Of a stretch of DNA of 64,000 nt, positions 1 to 12,706 are shown piece by piece (within the stretch, counting starts at the first letter, position 1; every line of letters starts with the position of its first letter). Below the pieces are notes generated by a model. The model did not search any database, was not told the DNA's origin, and saw only the letters and a list, made by a program, of their open reading frames with translations. Source of the DNA: Mobula hypostoma (Eukaryota); the NCBI RefSeq assembly GCF_963921235.1, contig NW_026948187.1, forward strand, positions 2,604,001 through 2,668,000. Reading direction: 5' to 3'. The position numbers were made by a program, and so were the translations under genes.

Positions 1-189
1 ATGAAAGATAATGAAGCACATTAACAATAAAAAGAAGCAAACATTTCTGCCTAATGTTACTAAGAACAAAACTCACTGAAAATGAAACATTGAAGGCAGA
101 TATAATGATCTCAGTGAACAATCTTCTATTGTCCCTCACACGTCACAAAACGACATGGGATAAGAAGGAGCCATCATTCAGTCATGGTA

Positions 190-680
190 AGACATAAGAC
201 ACAGGAACAGAATTAGGTGATTCGATCCATCTGGTCTGCCCCACCACTCAACCATGGCTGATTTTTATTCCAACACTATATTCATGCCTTCCACCTGTAA
301 CCCTGAAGCTACTTCGTAATCATGAATACATTAATCTCTGTCATAAATATACACAAATGGCAGCCTCAACCAACCTCTGCGGCAACAAATTCCACAGATC
401 AGACATCTTTTGGTCAAATTTTGTTCTCATCTCCGTTTTAAAGGGAAGCATCTTTATTCTGAGACTGCTGTCAGACCACAGATGCTCCATCTAATGGAAA
501 TATCCTCTCCATGTCCACTGTATCCAGGCTTTTCAACATTCAGTAGGTTTAATTAACCATATGTTCCTCCACCACCCCCACCATCCCTCTGAACTCCACT
601 GAGCACAGGTCCGGAACCATCAAATGCTCCTCATACATAAAGCTGATCATTCCTGAGATTATTCTTGTAAACCTCGTTAG
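190..680 (-). mobile_element. Degenerate CR1-type LINE 3' fragment
   Basis: Reverse-strand CR1 3'-end phrases (taagacataagac tail, aaattccacaga, tccaggcttttcaac). Boundaries approximate. Confidence 0.55.
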
Positions 681-2224
681 CAACAACTGTACTGAACACA
701 TTACCAGGAATAACAGACAAATTGGTACCAGGATAATTTACAGGGAAAAGTTGTGCTTTCTTTACTGTTCTACTATCACAGAATGAGCCATTTCCATTCC
801 CAGCTTAAAACAGGTCCATTTCAGGAAATATAAACCAGTTCAGGGTGAATGTAATAAAAATAAATTGGAATTACCAGAAATGCTCAGGAGGCAAGGAACA
901 ACTGTGGGGAGAGGAACAAACTTTACAATTCAGGTTAATAACGTTTTGTCAGAATGACTGCAAACATTTTCAGCTTTTAGTGCAGATCTTCAGCAACTTG
1001 AGATTCTGCTTGATTTCCACCGAGTCACAGAGAGGTGACAGTGAGTTGTGGGGGCGGGGGGGGGGGGAGTTGCAAACACAGTTTGAACACCAAACTCATG
1101 GGTCTATTTCTACTGTTGTAAACATCGAATAGCCCATTTACTCATGGACTCTCCCTTTGAGGATGGAATGGGAACTCATCCTCTTCTCAGATTAGCTGTC
1201 ATTGCTTCCAAAGGATCTCCAGAAACAAGCATCAGATCCCAGACCAGAAATACTCGCTCAACACCTCATAAGCCCAAGCAGCTCGATCCCCAGTCCATTT
1301 TACCTGGAACAAAAACTGTGATATCCCAGGACCCAACCTCACAGAGTCACACAGCTGAACCTGCCACTCAGTGACCCTGAAAGTCTCACACATCGTCCCT
1401 GCATCTCACACTGGGTAGCGCAATCTCGGATTTCCCTACAACCAATGTCCAGCTGCTCGAAATTTCTGCTCCACTGCAGAAAGAGGACCATCCAGCCCCA
1501 TCTGTAGAAGCACTAACCAAAGTCAAAACCAAAACACCGACAGTTCCATATGCCTGGAAAGCTGATCACAGGATTATAGCCCAAGCACCAACTCTCCCAG
1601 TACTCCTTGCTGCCAGTAAAATTCTGCAGTGTGTCAGCCAGTCACAGTTCAAACACTAGCACCTCCACACCAATGCACAACAGAACTGGTACCTGATGAC
1701 CCTCTGGCATTCCAGCTAACAAAAACTGATTCTGGAAGTAACTCATCAAGCCCAAATGTGCAAAGGAACACTTCACAATCAAGACAAAGGTTAGAAGAAA
1801 GATTGCTGATATATAACACTGAGGAGGTGGGACACAGGGTGGACTGAGGTTGATCCAGATGGTTGATGCATATCACTGAACCGGGGCAGGTGGGGTTAGC
1901 AGACTGGACAGAGGTTGAACAAGATGGGCAGGAATGTGCAGATGGAACCAGGTGGGAGAAGGGATCAAGGACAATCAATGATGGTCCTCCAGCAATACAC
2001 AGATACTGAATGAATAGCACAAGAGATTCTAAAATAACAAAGCTGGAACAAACAACAGGAACTTTGCCATATATACTTTGACCCTCATCAAATTTTTATC
2101 AACACACCATAGAAAATTTCCCATCCGGACACTTCTCCCTTTTGCATGGTAACTACTCTGCCCGTGTCTGCGAGGAACTGCAGAGATCTTTGGATACAGA
2201 TCTTGTCTTGTGCATACTGCACCA

Positions 2225-2370
2225 ACCACCGTCGCTGGGCTCCTAACGTGCAGGAGCAATGTGTGGTTAAGTGCCTTGTTCACGGACACAACACGCTGCC
2301 TGAACTGAGACTCGAACTCACGACCTTCAGATTGCTAGTTCAACAGCTTAACCACTTGGCCATGTGCACA
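2225..2370 (-). mobile_element. tRNA-derived CORE-type SINE, 5' part
   Basis: Reverse complement reads gtgcacatggccaagtggttaag (A box)...ggtcgtgagttcgagtc (B box)...tgtgtccgtgaacaaggcacttaacc. Same family as 55575-55887. Confidence 0.75.
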
Positions 2371-2799
2371 TCACAGAAACCATTTTCCCCCCTGGACTTC
2401 CCAGTCCCTTGGTAAACCAGGCAGTGAAATCAAAGATCCCCATAACCTGGGACATACTCCTTTCTCACCCACCCCATTCGGAGAGAAGACACAACAGCCA
2501 GAAAGCTCAGGAACAAATGCGAGGAGCCTCAGGAAGTGAGGCGAGTTGGGGGAAGTTAACGGGACTCAGTGGCCAACATCATATTTCCCAACACAATATG
2601 GAGGAAGCATCACCACCCATCTGGGGATTCTATGATAGACAGATAGATAGATATACTTTATTGATCCCGAGGGAAATTGGGTTTCGTTACAGCCGCACCA
2701 ACCAAGAATAGACTATAGGTATAGCAATACAAAAACCACAAACAATCAAACAACAAAATGCAAACTATGCCAGATGGAAAATAAGTCCAGGACCAGCCT

Positions 2800-3360
2800 A
2801 TCGGCTCAGGGTGTCTGAGTACACACCACGTGATCTTGCGTCACAAAGCGGAGGGCGGGGCAGATCTGCGGCACACAGTCTCACGTGACCTGCTGGCGGG
2901 ACTTCCATTTCAATTCTGCGGAAACAGACAGCCTGGGCTCCTGGTTTGGATCGTTCAATGAAGATTAAGTGAAGTCTACGCATTTCTGACGAGCCCAGAT
3001 AACTCGAAAATAAACGAGTAATTGGCCCTCAGTTCGGGACTCACGGACAACATCAGATCTCCCCGCTCGGGATCGGTCTCAATACTCACTGATAGGAAAG
3101 TGATACCTTCGGCCCGCAGAAGTGATCCCCACTCAGGATGCGAGGACACCCTACCCGATCCCGCAGACGATCGGCTTCAGCACTGAGCGGAATGGAAAAC
3201 ACCGCCCACCCAGACACTGTGAGCATGCGCGAAGTGAGTGTTACATCATCCGGAGGGCGGGGCCTTGGAAAAGACGCGCAGATGCTGCCCAGCTGTGGTT
3301 GGGGGTGGGGGTGGGGGTGGGGGTGGGGGTGGGGGGGGCAAACGCGATCACGTGACAATG
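2800..3360 (-). promoter_or_regulatory. CpG-rich promoter with probable non-coding first exon of a leftward transcript
   Basis: CACGTG E-boxes at about 2826, 2882 and 3348, GC boxes (gggcggg), gcatgcgc at about 3223, and a minus-strand donor GTGAGT (actcac) at about 3083-3088. Confidence 0.55.
3301..3338 (+). repeat. (GGGGGT)5 G8 microsatellite, potential G-quadruplex
   Basis: Six G-runs of at least 5 G separated by single T, read directly. Confidence 0.9.
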
Positions 3361-3494
3361 GGGTCTACCACCCAGGCAGGGACTCCAGCTACCAACTACT
3401 CACCTTAAATGTATTCGACACTTTAACCCCAGGGAAAATATATCATCTGTCAACTCTGCCTATTCCTCTCGTAATCTTATAAACGTCTACAGGA

Positions 3495-3755
3495 GGAATT
3501 CTGCAGATGCTGAAATTCAAGCAACACACATCAAAGTTGCAGGCCAGGCAGCATCTCTAGGAAAAGGTACAGTCGAAGTTTCAGGCCGAGACCCTTCGTC
3601 AGGACAAACTGAAGGAAGAGTTAGTAAGAGATTTGAAAGTTGGCGGGGGGGGGGGGGTGTTCCAAAATGATAGGAGAAGACAGGAGGGGGAGGGATGGAG
3701 CCAAGAGCTGGACAGGTGATTGGCAAAAGGCATATGACAGGATCATGATGGGACA
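3495..3755 (-). mobile_element. Penelope-like element terminal repeat with hammerhead-like motif
   Basis: Reverse complement contains gtc-CTGACGA-agggtctcggcct-GAAAC-ttc-gactg. Homologous to 23690-23860. Confidence 0.75.
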
Positions 3756-3942
3756 GGTCACACCAGCCTGCGCCGCTCTGGAGAAGACAACCTCTCGTTA
3801 TGGCTCATACCCTCTAATCCAGGCAGTGTCCTGGTAAACCTCCTCTGCGCCCTCTCCAAAGCCCCGACATCCTTCCGAGAGTGGGGGCGACCAGAAATGT
3901 GTGAAACACTCCAGATGTGGTCTAACTAGTTTTATAAAGCTG

Positions 3943-5085
3943 TGTTACAAACTGTAACGTTTTAGAAACGAACCAGCAGCTGGAGTCTGGTTTTGATGTT
4001 AAAACCACTATCTTTATTAGTATCTACTTATTATATAGTAACTTAACGATCTAAAGGAAAGTTAACAGTGTTATGTGTGTATATATGTGTAAATATAACA
4101 GCCAAACTTGCCGCTCACATCTCCTCTCACCTTAACTGTATGAGACATTTCAACCCCCAGTAAAATATATATCGTCTATCCACTCTATCTATACCTCTCG
4201 TAATCTTATAAACGGCAAGTTTATTTCTTTGCACAGAGTGGTGGTTAGCTGGAGTCCCTGCCTCGGGTGGGAGACTGAGGGAACAAAGCTTTGAGTCTTG
4301 AGATAATAAAGTAGGAAAATTCAGTAATCCACGGAATAAATGATGGGGGAGAGATATTTGTAATCCAGAGTGAAACGTAAAGAAAAGGCCGTTACATCAA
4401 AATAACTGTCGTCGAAGTTCTTATCCGTTGAATCCGTCCACATACGAGTTATCAGCGAAAGTGACGAGTCACAGGAATACCGTCTTCCAGGGGTTACTAT
4501 ACAACACACCCAGGCAAGGGTTAACACAAGCGGTCCCCCAAGATATTCCAAAATTCACTCCTATGGATTATACAAAGTGATAGCCACATACATTCGTTGT
4601 GGTTCCGTGTACCGATGATCAACCCACTCTTGTGGGCATAGGAGAGTTCCAAGCCTCAGCTGCGACAAACTGAAGCTATCAGNNNNNNNNNNNNNNNNNN
4701 NNNNNNNNNNNNNNNNNNNNNNNNNNNNNNNNNNNNNNNNNNNNNNNNNNNNNNNNNNNNNNNNNNNNNNNNNNNNNNNNNNNNNNNNNNNNNNNNNNNN
4801 NNNNNNNNNNNNNNNNNNNNNNNNNNNNNNNNNNNNNNNNNNNNNNNNNNNNNNNNNNNNNNNNNNNNNNNNNNNNNNNNNNNNNNNNNNNNNNNNNNNN
4901 NNNNNNNNNNNNNNNNNNNNNNNNNNNNNNNNNNNNNNNNNNNNNNNNNNNNNGCAGATCGCTCTCTCTCTCTTATGGTTAAATCCACAGTCAGCGCCGT
5001 CAGCCTGTGACTGACGTCATAGTCCCGCCTCCTCACTCCGGCGCTCTTAAAGACACAGTCACAGTCCGACCGCAGGCTCGCAACA
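3943..5085 (-). mobile_element. Solo LTR related to the Gypsy LTR at 44992-45779, inserted in a CR1 fragment; spans the assembly gap
   Basis: TGTTAC...CAACA termini, gctg/gccg 4-bp flanks, clear similarity to 44992-45560, minus-strand AATAAA at 4013-4018. 4110-4270 looks like a nested CR1 piece. Confidence 0.75.
4683..4953. other. Assembly gap (271 N)
   Basis: Run of n. Confidence 1.
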
Positions 5086-5579
5086 GCCGCAACACAACTT
5101 CCCGACTTTTCAACTCAGTGCTTCAACTAATAAACACAACCACGCCATTTGCCTTCTTAACCATCCGATCAATCTGTGCAGTCTCTTTCAGGGAGTGATG
5201 GATTTGGAGTCAAAGATCCCTCTGATCATCAACACTGTTCAGGGTTTTACATTTAACAGTGTACTGTCTCATACATTCGACCTACCGAGCTGCCAAGATG
5301 ATCATCACTAATCAAATCTCACTGAGATTTCTCAGGTCCTGTTGAATTTATTGCCAAGTGCACAAGTACGGGAAGGTGCAGGTACAGAGAAACACTGACT
5401 TGTGGCAGCATCACAGGCAAGTACATTCAGATAACACACGGAACACAAATTATACGATTCTCTGTCAGTCACAATCTATAAATATGTTTTATGTCATTAA
5501 CAATATATAAAATACATTGTCCTGATCAATATTAAAATATGCATTTTGTGTCAATAACTGACTTGGAAATGTTGAATTT

Positions 5580-6445
5580 GGTCCCTGTCTCCATTCCTCC
5601 TGTAGTCCCCAACCAGCTCCTTTTTTTTTTTGTCACCATGAGGGAGAGATTGTTTTCTTGACACCACTGTGTCGGGGTGATGACTTCTCCTTATTATTTG
5701 AGATTAGGCCAATCAATGTGGTGTCGTCAGCAAATTTGATTAGCAGATTGGAGCTGTGGATGGCGACACAGTCATGGGTGCACAGAAAATAAAGGAGGGG
5801 GCCAAGGAGACAACCCTGTGGGGTATGAGTGCTGAGGGTCAGAGAGACAGAGGTGAGGGAGCCCACTCTTACCACCTGCCGGCGATCTGACAGGATGCCC
5901 AGGATCCAGCTACACAAGGCAGGGTGAAAGCAGAGGTCTCTGTGCTTCTTGTCGATACTTCACGCCTTCATATGGCTACTGCTCTGCCCATGACTGCAAG
6001 GAACTGCAGAGAACTTTGGAGAGCAGAGAACATCAGAAAAACAATCCTCCCCTCCGTTGACTCTTCCTACACTTCCCTTGCATTGGAAAAGCAGGCCATG
6101 CACTCAAAGATCCTCACAACCTGGACATTATTGCTGCAAACCCGCTCCCCCATCGGGGAAGAGATACAAAAGTCTTAAAGCCCGTACCACCAGGCTTAAG
6201 GACGGCCTCCTGTCTGCGGTTGTAAGCCAAATGAATGACAAAATGGACTCGACCTCACAATGTAACCCGACGTGACCCCGCACCATATGTCTATCTGCGC
6301 TGCACTTTCTCTGCAGTGATAATGCTTTGTTACAGTTATCGTTTTGTTGTATATCAGCTCAATGTACTGTCGTAATGTATTGATCTGTGTGGATGGTACG
6401 TCAGGCAAGATTTTCACTGTAGCTCAGTACGTGATAAAAATAAAG
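5580..6445. mobile_element. Rex1/Babar-like LINE fragments (RT part on -, 3' part on +)
   Basis: ORF 5633-5917 has PQGCLLGPLLY...KFADDTTLIGLI. The + part encodes a PSGKRYKSLKARTTRLKD-type C-terminus. Inverted paralogue at about 39060-39850. Confidence 0.75.
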
Positions 6446-6954
6446 AAATTCTCCATTTTAATAGTGTGGAAATATTAAACAGACTGAGCTTCTGCTCTGG
6501 AACCTCAGAAGGAAAGTTAACTGAACGATTGTCATTTCTGAGGAATGCAGATAAATAGAAAAGGCTTCAATCTCGCATTACGATCTGCGGTAACTGGGAT
6601 CAGGTGACCGGTGGTGGGTCTCCCATACCAATTATCAGAATCAGGTTTAATAGCACCGGCATATGTCATGAAATTTGTAGTTTCTGCGGCAGCAGTAGAA
6701 CCTAATTCATAACAATAGAGTTTAACAACTACGAATTACAATAATGTACATATTGAATAGTTAAATTATATAAGTAGTGCAAAACTAAAAATTTAAAAAT
6801 GTAATAAACTCTTTTAATTGTGTGGAAATTCTGGAACAAAGCTTAACTAAACTCAACATATTTATAAGAAGATCAGAAAAATAGAGAAGGCTAAATTCTC
6901 AAATGAATGCCTCTGTGTTCTCCGTGGGATAGGAGATTTCCCTTGAATTTCATG

Positions 6955-7315
6955 GAATCATAGAAATCTACGGCACATTACAGACCCTTTGGCCCAAAAT
7001 GATGTGACGACCATGTAACTTACTCAAGAAACTGTCTAGAATTACCCTACCGCATAGCCCTCTATTTTCCTAATCTCCATGTACCTATCTAAGAGTCTCT
7101 TAAAATACCCTATTGTATCCGCCTCTACCACCGTCACTGGCAGTGCATTCCGCACACACACCACACTTTGTTTATAAAACTTAGCTCTTACTTCTCCTCT
7201 GTACCTACTTCCAAGCAACTTAAACCTATGCCCCCTCGTGTTAAACGTTTCAGTCCTGGGAAAAAGCCTCTGCCAATCCACACGGCCAATGCCTCTCATC
7301 ATCCTATACACCTGC
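6955..7315 (-). mobile_element. CR1 LINE 3' end
   Basis: ORF 7042-7365: VYRMMRGIGRVD..LFP...TRGH...FKRLLDRYM. Confidence 0.85.
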
Positions 7316-8139
7316 ATGAATTTCCTGCATGCTTCTCTCCAGGCTGAATAAGACGATGAGCACACTGTGGTTTTAACGTTCTTCAGGGCTCTGGACTATG
7401 ATGGTTAAGCTCCTTCTTCCCTGCTCTTTTGAACGTTTTGTGTCATTTTCACTCATTTCAAAGGACTGTGCCTCAGACAGCTGGGTTGTTGCAATGCGCC
7501 TCTAAAGTCTGACAGCAGACTAGCGAGTGAATCTTCGATGGCGCAGAGTCTGAAACTAAGGAGTTGCCAGCCTGAATCAGGGCTTTGGGGCTCCAGAAAG
7601 AGATGGGAAATAGAGTTTACAAGGAGGAGGAGGGAGAGGAATCAGACCAGCAGGATGTGGCCACAAATTAATGATCAGAAACATTTTGAAACTGTTTGAT
7701 TGAAAAAAAAAGGTGGTTAATTTGTGCAAAATACTGGAGGAAAACAGATCAGGACACACATGTGGAGAGGAATAAATAGACAACGTTTAGGCCGAGTCCC
7801 TTCAGCATGCCTATACTTTGTACTCCTCTGCTTAGTTGCAGCCTGAACTGCAGAGTTCCTCCAGCATTTTGTGTGCATGTGTCTACATTTCCACCAACAG
7901 CAGAATCCCTTGTGTTTTATATCTGCATTTGTAAGAAGGTTCTACTTCGGCATTAAACACGCGGAAAGTTTGCTGATATTAAGTGCATTGTTTATGAAAG
8001 CTGCTTTCTACATTGAAAGAGCTGCTGAATTCCCCCCCCGTCCCAAAAAAAAACTGAGGTGTGGACATGGAACCGGTGCTTGCAGAAATGTTTAATGGCA
8101 CCGTGATTACCCAGAAAGCTCTGCGTAAGATTTTTCGCT

Positions 8140-8480
8140 GTCGCTGAAGCGCCGATCGAATGCGCATGCGTCAGGGTTGCGGATTGTCCCGAATAACGCG
8201 CATGCGCGCAGTACATAAAGGCCTCGGAAAATCGGCTCCAGGTAGGAGATATTCCCCGGTTGCGGGATTGGGGACAATCGCTGTGAGCTCCGGACACCGT
8301 GGCCCGCAATCCCGGGACGCTCCTGCTCTCTTCCCTGTCTCTCAGACCCACGATCCGTCCACGGGCCCCGGGGAGCTTCCGGCTGATGAGGGAATGGGAA
8401 CCGATGGATCTCTCAGACAGAGCTGAGCTCCAGCTGTCTAAATGCAAGGATTGGGAACTCGGAGAAAGGGAACAAAATCT
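8140..8480 (+). promoter_or_regulatory. CpG promoter / 5' region of ZNF gene 1
   Basis: NRF1-like tgcgcatgcg (8161) and cgcgcatgcgcgca (about 8198), ETS-like cttccgg (about 8376), possible donor cag|gtagga at about 8242. Present upstream of all three ZNF arrays in matching orientation. Confidence 0.7.
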
Positions 8481-8799
8481 TTTACATCAGCTGTTGGAGA
8501 AAATTACCTTTGTTCTGCCTCCAGTCACAAACAAGAGATAATCTGCAGATGTTGAAAATCCAAGCAACACACACAAAATGCTGGAGGAACTCAGCATTAG
8601 TACTCTTTTCCATAGATGCTGCCTGGCCTGCTGATTATCCTCCAGCATTTTGTGTGTGTTGCTTGTTCTACCTCCTCTTGTTCTGGACCTTTCTCCCCGT
8701 GGGAACATGTTTTGACCCATTCTTTCTGAGTACATACTGATATCAAACACCTTTGTCCTGAGCAACAAGTGCCAGACTGCAATGAGACAGACCACTGCC

Positions 8800-9200
8800 C
8801 TTCCCTTCATATTCATTGGCCGTCAGTCACCTGGGGGAGGGTTCAGGGGAAATATTTATGTACAATACAGAAACTGGTGTTACCTGTGTGTATTGTGACG
8901 ATGCACAAATCGTTGGAGAATTTGTAAGTGGGAGGAAGTGGAGTGATATTTGGAAATCTGACTTTTTAAAGCATCATTTAGCAAGCAAATCAGATATGGA
9001 CGGTGTGCAAAAGCTGGAGTGAGAAAATCCTTCATAACCCTCTACAAGCCTGCTACGTAGATTGTGTGAGAGTGCAGATGAACTTGATCAAACCCAGACG
9101 ATATCAAAGTTCTTATTAACAGTGTTCTGCTAGCTGTTAAAATAAATACCTCTCTATTTAAAATTCAGTGTGCACATGTTGTTGTTACTGGGTAAAAATT
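8800..9200 (+). mobile_element. hAT-type transposase N-terminal fragment (TTF/ZNF862-like zinc finger); paralogues at about 26030-26420 and 56690-56990 (-)
   Basis: Translated GVTCVYC...DFLKHHLASK(S/P)H pattern. Confidence 0.5.
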
Positions 9201-9269
9201 GCACAGCACAAGATTTTTCAGCACACTGGTCATTACAAATTAGAGAGGACATTGGTGGGAAGGTGGGGA

Positions 9270-11340
9270 GACCTCCAGTGGCCCTGATGCCCTCACCTGC
9301 AAGATGTGCATCCAGCTGCAGCTTGTAACCCCGCACTTTAAGGAGCTGGATCTGGAAATGGATGAATTCCATATCATCCAGGAGTTGGATGGGGTGATAG
9401 ATATGACATAAAGACAGGTGATTTAAACCAAAATGCAGGACAGAAGAAACTGGGTGACAGTCAGGTAGGGGAATGAGGTTAAATAGTCATCGCAGAGTAC
9501 TCCTGTGGTCATTCCACACAACAACAGGTAGACCACTTCAGACACAGTTATGGAGGATTACCTAGCAGAGGAATGTCAAAAGGTTGATAGGGGATTTGTT
9601 AGTTAGGGAATTAAAACTATCAGAGATCTAATATCCTAGTGGTAAGGCTTGCTAATGCTAGTGTGTGGTGCGGGAGGGTGGAGGTTAAACTCAAGTTGCA
9701 GGGGGAATTGCAGTCAGAATGCCAGAACAGATAGGAAGGAGGTCCCAGTGCAGGAAGTTACATTAGACAGCCTGAATGTTTTTTCACCATTGACTAGCTG
9801 GGCCCCTGTTTCTGTACTGAACTTCTCCAAGTTTGGATACTGTTGGTGTGGACGACCTACCAGAGACAAGTTGTAGTGGTTGAGTGTCTGACACTGAGAC
9901 TGGACACTCAGCTCAGAAAGGAAGGAGTGAAAAGAGGAGAGCAGTAGTGATAGGGGATTTGATGCTATGGCATGAGTTGGTGAGGAAGGACAGGCAGGGG
10001 ACAAAACATTAATGTAGCCAGTTAAAGGGGTTGAAGTCTGTCTATTTCAATGCTAGGAGTGTTAGGCATAAAGGGGATGAACTTGGAGCATGGATCAGTA
10101 CATGGAACGATGACGTTGTGGCCGTTACTGAAACTTGGCTGGAGGAAGGGCAGGATCGGCTGATGCAGGTACCGGGGTTTAGGTGTTTTATAAGGAATAG
10201 GATGGGAGGTAGAAAAGGCAGGGGAGTAGCATTACTGGTCAGGGATAGTATCGCATCTATAGAGAGGGAGGATGCTGCAGAGGGAGTGCCCACTGAGTCG
10301 GTGTGGGTGGAAGTCAGAAATAGGAGGGGATCAATCACTGTGCTGGGAGTAGTCTATAGGCCCCCAAATAGCCCTTGGGACACCGAGGAGCAGATAAGCA
10401 GACAGAGTTTAGAATGGTGCAGATTTGTAGTTATGGGTGATTTCAACTTCCCTCGTATTGACTGGCACCTCCTGACTGCAAGGGGGAGAGGTGGGGCTGA
10501 ATTTGTCAGGTGCATTCAAGAAGGATTCCTGACACAGTATGTGGACCGGCCGATGAGAGGAGAGGCCATACTAGATCTAGTTCTGGGTAATGAACCTGGT
10601 CAGGTGGCAGACCTCTTGGTGAGGGAGCATTTTGGTGAGTGACCACAACTCCCTTAGCTTCAGCATAGCTATGGAAAAGGATAAAAACAGACAAAATGGG
10701 AAAGTGCTTAACTGGGGAAGGACTAACTATGAAGGGATGAGGCAGGAACTAGCGAGAGTAAATTGGAAACAGATGTTCAAGGGTGAAAGCACAGCAGTAA
10801 TGTGGAGGAAGTGTAGGGACCACTTGTGCTGGGTTCAGGATAGGTTTTGTCCCACTGAGACAAGGAAAAAATGGGAGGAAAAGGGAACCGTGGCTGACGA
10901 AACACATGAGGCAACTCATCAAGAGGAGGAAGGAAGCATATGTTAGATATAAGAAGCAGGAAGCAGGAGGGGCTCGTGAGAAATATAGGGTAGCCAGGAA
11001 GGAGCTTAAGGACTTAGGAGAGCTCGAAGGGGGCATGAGAAGGCCTTGGCATGTGGGATTAAGGAGAACCCCAAGGCGTTTCATGCGAATGTGAAGAACA
11101 GAAGGATGGCAAGAATGAAGGTGGGGCTGCTAAAGGATAAAGAAGACAACATGTGCCTGGAGATGGGGGAGGTTGGGGAGGTCCTAAATGAATACTTTGC
11201 TTCAGTATTTACAATTGAAAAGGATCTTGATCAGAGTGAGTTCTAGATAGAACAGGCCTGTGTGCTGGGCAAGGTGGAGATTAAGGAAGAAGAAGTGTTG
11301 GATCTTCTTAAAAGCATCAGTAAAGAGCTTTACCAAATGT
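9270..11340 (+). mobile_element. Degenerate CR1 LINE (ORF1 remnants + APE endonuclease part of ORF2)
   Basis: ORF 10031-10642: YFNARS...ETWL...YRPP...GDFN...LDL, followed by SDH. Frameshifted. Confidence 0.9.
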
Positions 11341-11624
11341 TCCCTTTAAATTTTCACTTCCCCACTTACCCATGACCTCTGGTTGTCTGTCATCCCACCC
11401 AACCTCAGTGGAAAAAGCTGCTTGCATTTACTCTATCTATACCCTCATAATTTTGTATACTTCTAACAAATCCTCAAAGCAATGTATAATTTCCTTGTTT
11501 ATGTTTAGAATCTTTTTTAGATGTATGAGATGATGAGGGGCATTGGTAGTGTAGATAGCCAGAGGTCTTTTTTTTCCCCAGGGCTGAAGTGGCTAACACA
11601 AGGGGGCATAGTTTTAAGGTGCTT

Positions 11625-11980
11625 TGAAATACTTTATTGTTGCCAAACAATTGGAACTAGAACGTACAATCATCACAGCGATATTTGATTCTGCGCTTCA
11701 CTCTCCCTGGATTACAAATATTAAATATTAAATATAGTTAAAATTAGTAAATATTAAAACTTTAAATTATAAATCATAAATAGAAAATAGAAAAATGGAA
11801 AGTAACGTAGTGCAAAAAAACCGAGAGGCAGGTCCAGATAATTGGAGGGTACGGCCCAGATCCAGGTCAGGATCTGTTCGGCAGTCTTATCATAATTGGA
11901 AAGAAGCTGCTCCCAAACCTGGCCATAGAAGTCTTCAAACTCCTGAATCTTCTTCTGGAGGGAAGAGAGACAAAAAGTCT
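11625..11980 (-). mobile_element. Rex/Babar-like LINE 3' end inserted into a CR1 fragment (absent from unit 2)
   Basis: Reverse complement encodes an LPSRRRFRSLKT..ARFGSSFFP-like end. Empty site at about 29270. Confidence 0.6.
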
Positions 11981-12706
11981 ACCGAGGGGATGTCAAGGGT
12001 AAGTTTTTTACACAGAGAGTGGTGGGTGTGTGGAATACACTGCCGGCTATTTGTGTGAGAGTGTTTCAGTTACTGTGGGGCCAGGAACCCATGCAGCTCA
12101 GTGGGAACAGGGAATAATACCAATGGAGAGAGTCAAACTGAGCCAGGTCACAGACTGGAGATGGCAGAAATGTCCCATTCTTATAGAGACAGGAAGAGCA
12201 TCAGAGAGTTTGATGGTCATTCCAGATACCAGCACTGTGCCCAGTTAGAAGATGATTTCTCTCTCCAACTTGGGTTGAACTTCACTGTAACAGTGTGATG
12301 TCAGATCACACCTTGACAACTCAAGTGATCTCATCTGAAATGTTGTCCTACACCCATTGATGGATTTTGTAACTCTTTTTACAGGTTAAAAATGACAAGG
12401 AATTTGTCTACGGAAGTCTAGAATACAACACACCAGTTTTGCTGTCTCTGTCCAGATATTTAAGAAGTGGAGCAAAGGATTCACTCAATCATCCTTCCTG
12501 CTCAGACAGTGGGAATGGATTCAGTCGGTCGTTTCAACTGAAGGTACATCAGCAAGTTCACACTGGAAAGGCCATTCATCTGTTCTGTATGTGAGAAGGG
12601 ATTCAGTCAGTCTTCCCACCAGTGGACACACCAGTCAGTTCTCACTGGGCAGAGGCTGGTCATCTGCTGAATTTGTGGGGTAGGATTCACTCGGTCATCT
12701 GACCTA

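Noticed and set aside
4656-5036. ORF spanning the N run
   Set aside because: Artefact of the assembly gap inside a solo LTR.
8383-8410. Hammerhead ribozyme at CTGATGA in the invariant block
   Set aside because: No stem II followed by GAAA.
8372-8431. C/D box snoRNA in the invariant block (TGATGA...CTGA with GGAGC/GCTCC ends)
   Set aside because: Only about 37 nt separate the boxes, the C box lacks the 5' purine, and the stem is not adjacent to the C box. Kept only as an unexplained conserved element.
12660-12706. Conserved in-frame TGA upstream of the ZNF ORFs as selenocysteine or read-through
   Set aside because: It replaces a Ser rather than a Cys position, neighbouring fingers are frameshifted or have lost Cys, and no SECIS was recognised.
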